From assembly GCA_035349995.1 (NCBI GenBank), contig DAOPTN010000002.1, positions 1-41,034 of the forward strand: 41,034 nt of DNA, given 5' to 3'. A program made the position numbers and the translations under genes. Source of the DNA: Candidatus Pacearchaeota archaeon. Lineage in GTDB: Bacteria > Patescibacteriota > Minisyncoccia > Minisyncoccales > GCA-002788555. Position 1 is the first letter of the stretch, and the number at the start of each line of letters is the position of its first letter. Shown in pieces: positions 1 through 7,637 of the stretch. The notes below the pieces were generated by a model. The model searched no databases. It worked only from the letters and a program-made list of their open reading frames with translations, and was not told the origin of the DNA.

Positions 1-4
1 TTTA

Positions 5-1123
5 TTATATTTCTTCTAAGATAACTGTTGCAACTTTTTTCGCTGCATCGGGCATAGCGAAATTTTTACAGCCATTTTTCATCTCCTGAAGTGTTTTTTT
101 ATTTTCAAGAATTTGACTTGCTCTTCCAAATACAAAATTGGGAGTAACATTGCATCCCTCAACTGATATTGTTGCTCCGTATTTTTGAAAACATTGAGCA
201 TTTTTTGATTGGTGATCTTGCGCTCCACCCTGAAGAGGTATTAAAATACTGGGTTTTTCAAGGGCCGCTAGTTCAAATATTGCACCAGCGCCAGCTCTTG
301 AAATAACAAGATCACTTGCCTGGTATGCGTCAGCTAGTTGTTCTTCGTTAAGAAAAGGATATAAATGATAAAAAACTTTTTGCGCATCATCTAAAGCTCC
401 TCTTGTAAAAAGGTCTATATTTTTAAAATTATTAGGACCGCAAATATGAATTATTTCGTATTTTTCAATATATTTTAAAAGGGCATCAAGAAAAAGAGAA
501 TTAATTTGTTCAGATCCCTGGCTTCCTCCCATAATAAGAATAATTTTTCGCTTCCCGTTTAAATTAAAATTTTTTATAGCTTTTTCTTTTGAACCGTAAA
601 ATAATTTTTGTCTGATAGGATTGCCAGTAAGCACTAATTTTCTTTTATGCTTTTTTGGAAAAAAATCTTCTGATTCCTTAAAAGAAATAGCAATTTTTCG
701 GGCAATGGGAGAAGAAAGTTTGCTTGTGGAGCCAGGTACGCTGTCTGATTCATGGATCACGATAGGAATTTGATACAACCAACCTACTAACATCACGGGA
801 AATGAACCAGGTCCTCCCTTGGAAAATATCAAATCAGGCATAATAAGCCACACTTTAAACAAGGCCTGTAAAAAAGAAATTGGAAATTTAAAAATATCAA
901 GAATGTTTTTAAAAGAAAAATATCGTCGCCACTTTACAGTAACAATTTTTTTAAAAGAAATATTTTCTTTTAAAAGGACCTCTGTTTCTTGAGTTTTGCC
1001 ACCTAAAAACTGAAAAAGCGAAGATTTTATTTCTTCTGGGACAAGATTATCAATTTCTCTTTTAACAGCGATAATTGGGAAAATATGTCCCCCACTTCCG
1101 CCGCCGGTAAATAAGATTCGCAT
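5..1123 (-). CDS. murG: MurG, undecaprenyldiphospho-muramoylpentapeptide beta-N-acetylglucosaminyltransferase
   Basis: N-terminus MRILFTGGGSGGHIFP is the MurG glycine-rich motif, and length fits. ATG at 1123 chosen over the upstream alternative start at 1159, which only translates the TTTTGAT repeat. Confidence 0.9.
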   Translation of the reverse strand: MRILFTGGGSGGHIFPIIAVKREIDNLVPEEIKSSLFQFLGGKTQETEVLLKENISFKKIVTVKWRRYFSFKNILDIFKFPISFLQALFKVWLIMPDLIFSKGGPGSFPVMLVGWLYQIPIVIHESDSVPGSTSKLSSPIARKIAISFKESEDFFPKKHKRKLVLTGNPIRQKLFYGSKEKAIKNFNLNGKRKIILIMGGSQGSEQINSLFLDALLKYIEKYEIIHICGPNNFKNIDLFTRGALDDAQKVFYHLYPFLNEEQLADAYQASDLVISRAGAGAIFELAALEKPSILIPLQGGAQDHQSKNAQCFQKYGATISVEGCNVTPNFVFGRASQILENKKTLQEMKNGCKNFAMPDAAKKVATVILEEI

Positions 1124-1133
1124 AAATAAATAG

Positions 1134-1161
1134 ATCAAAAATAAAATATCAAAAATCAAAA
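1134..1161 (-). repeat. Tandem heptads (TTTTGAT on the minus strand), about 4 units with one degenerate, 11-38 nt upstream of the murG ATG
   Basis: Plus strand reads atcaaaa ataaaat atcaaaa atcaaaa. The same motif lies upstream of the CDS starts at 4935 and 7638. Confidence 0.7.
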
Positions 1162-1217
1162 AATTGTTTTTATTTTAACATTACAATGGCCTTGATGCCT
1201 TTGCTATCAAAAAAGCT

Positions 1218-1805
1218 TTAATTTTTTTTCAATATAATAGGCACAGAAAAAATAATCGGGGAAAAAGCAATTATTAACGGTGCCTCAAAAAAGAAAGCAA
1301 AAATAAAGGTTAACAAAAACAAAATACTAGTTAAAAAATCACTTGTTTTAAAATCTTTATTTTTACCCGGTATAGAAAATCTTGATTTTTGTTTTAAAAA
1401 ATAACTTGGCACTGCCGTAATAAAACCAGCTAAAAGAAATGGTATCGGCAAAAGATAAAAAAGATTACCAAAGGTAGTAGCCGCTCCTTTTCCTCCCATA
1501 AAATGAAGAAAGATAGACCAATTATGTCCGATAATTGCAGCAGCTCCAGCCAAGACCATCACCCATCCTTCTCCACCAGACATTCTATCAGCAATGATAA
1601 TTGAAAGTGCTCCTTTGCAAAAATCCATTATTCCTACCAAAGCGCCAGCAAATTTACCAACATTTCTACTGACTGATGCTGTGCCCAATCTGCCGTTTTC
1701 TACCCTTGAGGTGATATCAATTCCCTTATTTTTAGCAATGAGATAAGCAGAGGGAATAGAACCTAAAAAATAAGCAATGATAATTGGAATAATTTTACTA
1801 AACAT
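1218..1805 (-). CDS. plsY: Glycerol-3-phosphate acyltransferase PlsY
   Basis: Polytopic membrane protein. N-terminal FLGSIPSAYLIA and HNWSIFLHFMGGKGAATTFG match the PlsY signature (H..F..F.GGKG.AT). Confidence 0.85.
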   Translation of the reverse strand: MFSKIIPIIIAYFLGSIPSAYLIAKNKGIDITSRVENGRLGTASVSRNVGKFAGALVGIMDFCKGALSIIIADRMSGGEGWVMVLAGAAAIIGHNWSIFLHFMGGKGAATTFGNLFYLLPIPFLLAGFITAVPSYFLKQKSRFSIPGKNKDFKTSDFLTSILFLLTFIFAFFFEAPLIIAFSPIIFSVPIILKKN

Positions 1806-2406
1806 TTTTTTGGCACACTACTTCAACTGATGAGTGAAAAAATCTTTTATAAATTCCTCTCCAATTAAAATAGGTAATTTTAAAATTGTTAAGTTTAAGT
1901 GCTTCTTCAAGATCTTCTTTATCAAAAAGAGCAGCGGGCTTATCAAAATATTTACTGAAAGGAAGATTATAAAATTTTGCTAACGGTTCTCTGAAAATAA
2001 AATAACCACCTGACTTCAATGTTCTACTTACTTCATTTAATGCTTTTTTCCAATCAGGAATATGATGAAGTGTTGCAAACATAAAAATTGCATCAAAAAT
2101 TTCACTATCAAATGGCAGTTGTTGAGCATCAGCAGGTTTTACTTCTGTATTTTTAATTTGTTCTTTTGAAATTCTATTTTGAGCAATTTTTAACGAATCT
2201 GTATCAATATCAACACCAATCATTTTTTGAGGAGCAAAATATTGATTTATAATTGGTAGTGCATAACCATCTTTGCAACCAATTTCAAGAAAATAAGCGT
2301 TTTTAGGAAGATAAATTTTAGAAAAAAAACTTTGAAGTCCTCCCTTTTGAACAATCTTGCCAAAGGTTAAATTATTAAATTTAACTACTGATGATTGAAA
2401 GCTCAT
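1798..2406 (-). CDS. Class I SAM-dependent methyltransferase
   Basis: Motif I-like LEIGCKDGY, a downstream VGVDID acidic loop and a FATLHHIP block typical of the Methyltransf_11/25 fold. Overlaps plsY by 8 nt. Confidence 0.75.
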   Translation of the reverse strand: MSFQSSVVKFNNLTFGKIVQKGGLQSFFSKIYLPKNAYFLEIGCKDGYALPIINQYFAPQKMIGVDIDTDSLKIAQNRISKEQIKNTEVKPADAQQLPFDSEIFDAIFMFATLHHIPDWKKALNEVSRTLKSGGYFIFREPLAKFYNLPFSKYFDKPAALFDKEDLEEALKLNNFKITYFNWRGIYKRFFHSSVEVVCQKNV

Positions 2407-2504
2407 ATTAACAATTCTTAATCTGCTTTATTAGAAAACGGTTTTTAATAAAAAAAATAATTTGCATTAAGGATTTTACCCCCTATCTTTAATTATATCA
2501 TTTT

Positions 2505-3200
2505 TTATCTTAACTGACAAATTTCAAATTTTGGCTTAATTAATTTAATTATTTGAATAAGATCTTCTTTTTTGAGAACTGGCAAGGAAAGGATGTCAGG
2601 TTCAATAATAGCTTTTTGCTCATTCATTTCTTGCAAAAAATATTTTTTTGCCGGGCCTATCCATTGAGCAATATTAATAATGTCTTCTTTTTCTAGTCCA
2701 GGGGCAACAGTAGTTCTAAATTCATAATCAATCCTATTTTCCTTCAAAAGATTAATACTTTTTTCAATCAATGATAAATCTATTTTTTTGTTGGTGTATA
2801 TTTCATATTTTTCTTTTGGTGATTTTATATCCATTGCTATATAATCCACTAATTTTTCATCAATTAATTTTTTTACAATATCCGGATTTGAGCCATTAGT
2901 GTCCAATTTTACCAAAAAACCTAATTTTTTAATCTTTTGACAAAATTGAGGAAGATCCTTGTGGATAGTTGGTTCTCCACCGCAAATACACACACCATCA
3001 AGTAATCCCTTTTTTGATGTTAAAAATTCAAAAAAATCTTTTTCTGAAATTCTTGGTTGGTCTTTTATTTTTTCTAGCAATACAAGTTCTGTTGCATAAC
3101 AAAAGGGGCATCTAAAATTGCACCCAATAGTAAAAACCGTGGCTGCAATGCAGCCAGGATAATCAATAAGAGTGGTTTTTTGAAGACCTCCAATTTCCAT
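2505..3200 (-). CDS. Radical SAM activase, anaerobic ribonucleoside-triphosphate reductase activating protein family (NrdG-like)
   Basis: The N-terminus GGLQKTTLIDYPGCIAATVFTIGCNFRCPFCYA carries the CxxxCxxC cluster and the NrdG-family context. GGEPT motif follows. Confidence 0.8.
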   Translation of the reverse strand: MEIGGLQKTTLIDYPGCIAATVFTIGCNFRCPFCYATELVLLEKIKDQPRISEKDFFEFLTSKKGLLDGVCICGGEPTIHKDLPQFCQKIKKLGFLVKLDTNGSNPDIVKKLIDEKLVDYIAMDIKSPKEKYEIYTNKKIDLSLIEKSINLLKENRIDYEFRTTVAPGLEKEDIINIAQWIGPAKKYFLQEMNEQKAIIEPDILSLPVLKKEDLIQIIKLIKPKFEICQLR

Positions 3201-3206
3201 ATAAAG

Positions 3207-3767
3207 TTAAGAACCTTGAATCTCTTTCTCTTTTTTTTCTTCTATCTCTTCTATCTTTTTTTCATAATCATTGATTAATTCTTGAAGATCGTTTTTTTGT
3301 CTGAATTTTTCATCTTCAGGTATTTCACCTTTCCTTTCCATTTCTTGAATTTTTTTCCAGGATTCCTCACGTGTTTGCCTTAAAGCTACCTTCGCTTTTT
3401 CCATTTTCTGTCTTACCAGTTTTATCATTTTTTCTTTGTCCTCAGCGCTTTGCATAGGAAGAGAAAAAAATATTTTTTCTCCTTCGTTTCTTACACTTCC
3501 TCCAAGATTAGAGGCCTGAAGCGCTTTTTCAATATTGGGAATAGAAGATTTATCCCAAGGTTCAATAGAAATAGTTCGAGCATCAAGTAGAGAAAGCGAA
3601 GCAACTTCTCGAAGGGTAATTTTTTCTCCATAATACTCAACCAAAATTCCATCAATCAACTCAATAGACACTCTTCCTCCCCTGATTATTAATACTTCTT
3701 TTTTGAACCAATCAAGAGTTTTTTCAAAAGAATCTTTTGTATTTTTAAATAATTGATTTGTGTCCAT
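3207..3767 (-). CDS. frr: Ribosome recycling factor
   Basis: 186 aa. Typical Frr blocks are present (RGGRVSIELID.I.VEYYG, ISIEPWD, NLGGSVRNEG, PMQSAEDKEKMIK). Confidence 0.95.
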   Translation of the reverse strand: MDTNQLFKNTKDSFEKTLDWFKKEVLIIRGGRVSIELIDGILVEYYGEKITLREVASLSLLDARTISIEPWDKSSIPNIEKALQASNLGGSVRNEGEKIFFSLPMQSAEDKEKMIKLVRQKMEKAKVALRQTREESWKKIQEMERKGEIPEDEKFRQKNDLQELINDYEKKIEEIEEKKEKEIQGS

Positions 3768-3792
3768 ATTTTTATAATAATTATTTTATTAA

Positions 3793-4935
3793 TTAAAATG
3801 TTTTTTTAACAGAAAGTAAAATAGTATCAGGATCTGCGGGATTAATTTTTATTTTTTCAATCATTCCCCTGGTTGGTGGTTCAATTACTTGCCAATTTTC
3901 TCCATCGTTCTCTGAAAGATAAATCAGATTTCCCATTCCCACATATAATATATTAGAATTTTTTGGGTCAACTGTAAAGGCAGTAATTTTATTTTTTTCT
4001 GACGATGAAACTATCTTCACCAGGTCCATTTCGTTTCGGCTTATTCTAAAAAGATAATAATCTGATATAAGATAGATTCGATTCTGAGAAGGATCAGTAA
4101 TAATATCTTTGATTTCAGGCAATTCACCAATTTCATTTTCTACTTTAGAGGTATCAATTTCTTCTTTGATTAATTTGAAGGTTTCTCCACTATCCACACT
4201 AATTTCTATTTTGCTGGGAAGTCCGTTGGAATAAACATTAAAAGGGTCTCGAGCAATGGCTGATAATAAAATATAAATTTCTCCTGATTGATGAGGATTA
4301 AGCACAATTTTTTCTATGGGTTGAGAAAATTTATATGTTTCTTTCCAAGAATTGCCAAAATCCTCGCTTTTTAAAAAAGATCCTTGTTTCGTTCCTAAAT
4401 AAAGACGATTAGAAAAAAGAAGGTGTCTGGAATAAAACGGATCAATAGCAAATGTTTTTATTTTATCATCATTGCTGGCAATAAAAAGGGGGTGGAAATC
4501 CGCCCCCTTGTTATAAGAAACCAATAGTTTATTTTGACCGACTTCTTCAGAAACAAGATAAAACACATTAGGATTTCGAGGATCAGTGGTAAGATTTGAA
4601 ACAACGGCTGGCTGGCTTTCAGTTTTAAATGTAGTTGTTTTTGCTGTAAATTTTTCTCCTTTGGTTGAACTTTCAAAAACTCCCTTTGCCGAAGCAAGAT
4701 AAAGATTTTGAGAATTTTTAGGATCAAAAACAAGATTTTCAATGCTTGCTTTCTTGTCAGCTTTATCAATAGATTTCAAAGCAACCCATTCTTCTCCCCT
4801 GTCCTCAGAGAGAAAAAGTTGCTCGCCCATGGAAACTTCAACACCGTAATTATTTTCTAAAAAGTTAAAAACACCTATAAAACAAAGATAGGCAACAAAA
4901 AAACTAATTAGTGCTAATCCAAGTTGTTGAAACAT
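3793..4935 (-). CDS. Membrane-anchored BNR/Asp-box repeat (beta-propeller-like) protein
   Basis: N-terminal hydrophobic helix, then repeated SxDxGxxW/F Asp-boxes (SEDRGEEW, SEDFGNSW, SVDSGETF, SENDGENW). ATG at 4935 preferred over the TTG at 4950. Confidence 0.7.
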   Translation of the reverse strand: MFQQLGLALISFFVAYLCFIGVFNFLENNYGVEVSMGEQLFLSEDRGEEWVALKSIDKADKKASIENLVFDPKNSQNLYLASAKGVFESSTKGEKFTAKTTTFKTESQPAVVSNLTTDPRNPNVFYLVSEEVGQNKLLVSYNKGADFHPLFIASNDDKIKTFAIDPFYSRHLLFSNRLYLGTKQGSFLKSEDFGNSWKETYKFSQPIEKIVLNPHQSGEIYILLSAIARDPFNVYSNGLPSKIEISVDSGETFKLIKEEIDTSKVENEIGELPEIKDIITDPSQNRIYLISDYYLFRISRNEMDLVKIVSSSEKNKITAFTVDPKNSNILYVGMGNLIYLSENDGENWQVIEPPTRGMIEKIKINPADPDTILLSVKKTF

Positions 4936-4945
4936 AATAAAAAAA

Positions 4946-4959
4946 ATCAAAAATCAAAA
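4946..4959 (-). repeat. Two TTTTGAT heptads (minus strand) 11-24 nt upstream of the ATG at 4935
   Basis: Plus strand reads atcaaaa atcaaaa. Confidence 0.65.
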
Positions 4960-4979
4960 GAATTTTAAAAATTAATACT

Positions 4980-5999
4980 TTATATGCCGAGCAAAAGGTT
5001 TTCCATTGCTAAAAGCGGATTGGTATTAGAAAAATAAAGGTAATTTTTTGTTTCTTTTATCTTGAAAATAATTTCTTTTAATTTTATTTCAGAAAAATTT
5101 TCTTTTTCCTCTTCCAATTCTTTTTCCTTTGAAAAAAATGAAGGATAGAAAGATGAGAGACCTTGTTTTCTTAAAAGTAAATCTCGAAACCAAAATTCTG
5201 TTAAGAAAAGAAAATCTTGAGTTCTTTCGGTCTTTTCAAGATCTTCAGCTAGCTTTAATCGTTGAAGAATAGACAAATTTCTTATTTTTTTTATCTCCCC
5301 TAATAATAAATTATAATATATTATTTTGTTTTTGTCAATGAGAAATTCTTTGGCAAGGCCTGGCCTGCCCAAGACAAGACCTATTATTTCCTCTTTTTCT
5401 TTTTGATCTGGTTGGTTCTTTAAAAATGCTTCCATTTCAATTCGTGAAAGCGGATAAAATTTAAACATTTCTACTCGGGAAAGGATGGTAGTGGGCAAAT
5501 AATTAGGAGAAGAAGTTAAAAGAAAAAAAATGGTATTGCCCCGGGGCTCCTCAAGTATTTTAAGAAGCGATCCTGTAGCTTCTTCTGTTAATGATTCACT
5601 GTGGTCAATAATAACAATTTTAAATGGATATGGCGAAGAAAGAGAGATTTGCTGTTTAATATCTCTAATTTTTTTAATATGAATTTGGCGATCTTTGACA
5701 AAATTATTATCCTTGACAGAAGATTTTTTTTCTTTTTTTTCCTTGTCTATTGTTATTAGGTCATAAAAATTTTTCTCTTCTATCTGTTTACAAATATCAC
5801 AAGAACAATTGCCCTGAGAAAACTCAAAAAAATTATCAAAAGACGAAGAATGGTCTGTTTCTAAATATTTTGCAATTTCAAGAGCAATTTTTCTTTTACC
5901 AATTTTTTCTGGACCAGCAAATAAAACGGCATGGGGAAACCGATTTTCTGCTATCATTTTAGAAAAAATCTTTAGATTTTTTTGGTGACCAAAGATCAT
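4980..5999 (-). CDS. holB: DNA polymerase III delta-prime subunit
   Basis: HAVLFAGPEKIGKRKIA P-loop-like motif, a Cys-rich zinc module (GNCSCDICKQI) and the IIDHSESLTEEATGSLLKILEEP block. Confidence 0.85.
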   Translation of the reverse strand: MIFGHQKNLKIFSKMIAENRFPHAVLFAGPEKIGKRKIALEIAKYLETDHSSSFDNFFEFSQGNCSCDICKQIEEKNFYDLITIDKEKKEKKSSVKDNNFVKDRQIHIKKIRDIKQQISLSSPYPFKIVIIDHSESLTEEATGSLLKILEEPRGNTIFFLLTSSPNYLPTTILSRVEMFKFYPLSRIEMEAFLKNQPDQKEKEEIIGLVLGRPGLAKEFLIDKNKIIYYNLLLGEIKKIRNLSILQRLKLAEDLEKTERTQDFLFLTEFWFRDLLLRKQGLSSFYPSFFSKEKELEEEKENFSEIKLKEIIFKIKETKNYLYFSNTNPLLAMENLLLGI

Positions 6000-6005
6000 A
6001 TTTAA

Positions 6006-6033
6006 ATTATAAATGATTTTTAAAAAATTTCAA
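6006..6033 (-). promoter_or_regulatory. Sigma-70-type promoter of holB (TTGAAA-16-TATAAT) with only 6 nt between the -10 box and the ATG. Predicted leaderless mRNA.
   Basis: The minus strand reads ttgaaa ttttttaaaaatcatt tataat ttaaat ATG. Confidence 0.55.
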
Positions 6034-6075
6034 AATAAAAATAAAAGTTAGGTTCAAAAATTTAATGCAATATTT

Positions 6076-6126
6076 ACAAATAATAAAACACCAAACAGAA
6101 ATCAGTTGTCAGAAAACAGAAAACAG
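6076..6126 (+). repeat. Left copy of an approximately 50-bp inverted repeat (partner at 14835-14884)
   Basis: Hand alignment against the reverse complement of 14835-14884 gives 46 matches, 4 mismatches and 1 indel over 51 columns. It includes a 19-nt perfect core, agaaatcagttgtcagaaa. Confidence 0.85.
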
Positions 6127-6176
6127 TAGAGAAAATAGAAATCAGAAAACAGATTTTCTCTTATTATTTCTTATAT

Positions 6177-6420
6177 TGTCATCGCGACCCCTCACCACTG
6201 TCATCGCGAGCGAGGTCAAAGACCGAGCGTGGCGATCCCAGGGTATTGCCTCGGGATTGCTTCGTCGCTATCGCTCCTCGCAAAGACAATAAGGGGGACG
6301 AAACTGCTGCACTTCGCTGCGGCTCGTGTCAAAGACAGGCTCTTTTTTGTCATCGCGAGGAGTCCCTCACCTTAGTAAAAGGTGAGTGGACGACGTGGCG
6401 ATCTCGATGCATTGTTGCGT
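6177..6420. repeat. GC-rich structured repeat island (REP-like units)
   Basis: Sampled lines run about 55-63% GC against about 30% background. tgtcatcgcga occurs 3 times (6177, 6199, 6348) and cgtggcgatc twice. 6274-6289 pairs with 6347-6362 (14 of 16 positions). There is an 8-bp hairpin at 6366-6386. Confidence 0.8.
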
Positions 6421-6522
6421 TAAAAATTTGAAACTAAATAAGATCAGGGATTGCTTGCCTTATTTTCTTAGTTTTTTGAAGAGATTTTAGTTAATTCAGA
6501 AACATTGTAGCCCAGTTAAAAT

Positions 6523-6551
6523 TTGACAAAATGCAAAATTTTGAGTATTCT
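6523..6551 (+). promoter_or_regulatory. Sigma-70-type promoter (TTGACA-17-TATTCT) 11 nt upstream of the ATG at 6563. Near-leaderless.
   Basis: ttgaca at 6523-6528, a 17-nt spacer, tattct at 6546-6551. Confidence 0.55.
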
Positions 6552-6562
6552 AAAGAATAAAT

Positions 6563-7594
6563 ATGTTTAATATTAATGATTGCAAACAAACAGTAGATGG
6601 AATTTTAAAAGAGATGCCAGATAGAACTCAAAAGGTATTATCGCGTCGGTTTGGCATTGGTCCTGAAAATAAATCAACAAATAGGTGTTGTGAAACCCTT
6701 GAAAGCATTGGAAAAGATTTTGGCATTACCCGGGAACGAGTGAGGCAGATTGAAAATAGGGGGCTGGAAGAGTTCAAACGTTCTTCATACTTTGCTGATA
6801 TTCAGCGTTTTTTTCTTTTTCTTCGAAGTTTTATTGATGAGCAAGGTGGTTTAAAAAGACAGGATATACTGGAAAAAACCCTTGTACCAGAAGAACAATT
6901 AAGGCCTTATTTATTGTTTATTTTAAAAATTAGTAATTTGTTTTTATTTGAGCCAGAATCATCTTCTTTCTATTCTTCTTGGAAGACCAGAGAAGAGGTT
7001 TCTGATATTGCAGATAGGGTGGTGCGTTTTTTAATTGATTTAATGGAAAAAGAAAAAAGATTGTTTTCAGAAGAAGAATTATTAGAACGAGGCACAAAAG
7101 AAGTCCCAAAATACTTGCATCTTACTATTCCTACTAATCATTTGATTTCTTATATTGAAGCTACAAAAAAAATAAGAAAAGATCAATTTAATAATTATGG
7201 ACCGGTATGGTGGCCAGAAGTTAATCCAAGAGGAAACAGAGATTATGCTTATATGATTTTAAAAATTGAAAAAAAGCCTCTTCATTTTCGGGAAATAGCA
7301 AAAAAGATTGAAGAATCTTTTCAGAAACCCGTTCAAGCAGGCAGTTTGCATAATGAATTAATAAAAAATGATAAATTTGTTTTAGTGGGACGAGGAACCT
7401 ATGGATTAAAAGAGTGGGGTTATAAAAACGGAACTGTTAAGGATATTATTGAAGATATTTTAAAAGAAAACGGACCCTTAACAAGAAATGAGGTTTTGAA
7501 TGAAGTGCAAAAACAAAGAATGGTAAAAAGAGATACAATTCTTTTAAATCTATCAAATTTTAAAAAAACACCAGATGGAAAATACATATTATAA
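6563..7594 (+). CDS. DNA-binding protein with a sigma-70 region-4-like HTH and a C-terminal HARE-HTH-like winged helix
   Basis: ETLESIGKDFGITRERVRQIENRGLEEFK is a region-4 signature. HFREIAKKIEE...DKFVLVGRGTYGLKEWGY matches the HARE-HTH pattern seen in the RNAP delta subunit N-domain. No region-2 motif is visible. Confidence 0.7.
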   Translation: MFNINDCKQTVDGILKEMPDRTQKVLSRRFGIGPENKSTNRCCETLESIGKDFGITRERVRQIENRGLEEFKRSSYFADIQRFFLFLRSFIDEQGGLKRQDILEKTLVPEEQLRPYLLFILKISNLFLFEPESSSFYSSWKTREEVSDIADRVVRFLIDLMEKEKRLFSEEELLERGTKEVPKYLHLTIPTNHLISYIEATKKIRKDQFNNYGPVWWPEVNPRGNRDYAYMILKIEKKPLHFREIAKKIEESFQKPVQAGSLHNELIKNDKFVLVGRGTYGLKEWGYKNGTVKDIIEDILKENGPLTRNEVLNEVQKQRMVKRDTILLNLSNFKKTPDGKYIL

Positions 7595-7637
7595 TCAAAA
7601 ATTAAAAATCAAAAGTTTTGATTTTTGATTTTTGATT
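7594..7637. promoter_or_regulatory. Long AT-rich palindrome built of heptads, spanning from the stop codon of the 6563-7594 gene to the start codon at 7638
   Basis: Left arm aatcaaaaattaaaaatcaaaa, right arm ttttgatttttgatttttgatt. About 21 pairs with one G-U and almost no loop. The right arm is (TTTTGAT)x3. Confidence 0.7.

Noticed and set aside
4458-4769. Nested and antisense ORFs in the track inside or opposite confident genes. These include 4458-4769, 5750-5962, 8908-9132, 10209-10430, 10730-10990, 12757-12957, 15519-15785, 16090-16329, 16299-16725, 16875-17159, 18447-18773, 19203-19796, 21519-21875, 22143-22488, 23086-23654, 25914-26703, 28518-28784, 32050-32322, 32874-33566, 33755-34090, 35579-35779, 36168-36440, 36898-37113, 38445-38687 and 39507-40012.
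   Set aside because: All overlap longer ORFs that carry clear family motifs. Their translations are low-complexity Phe/Ile/Leu/Lys/Ser strings typical of shadow frames in AT-rich DNA. None has an SD.
6065-6431. Track ORFs 6065-6292 and 6246-6431 (75 and 61 aa) in the holB/sigma-like intergenic region
   Set aside because: They simply translate the heptad and GC-rich palindromic repeats, giving low-complexity Arg/Ser/Cys strings. They have no SD and overlap each other. Treated as repeat or RNA sequence, not genes.
6000-6562. Possible replication origin at the divergent strand switch next to holB
   Set aside because: I find no DnaA-box-like TTATCCACA or TGTGGATAA motifs, and no dnaA or dnaN nearby. 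Gene orientation also flips back only 7 kb later, so this is not a leading-strand switch.
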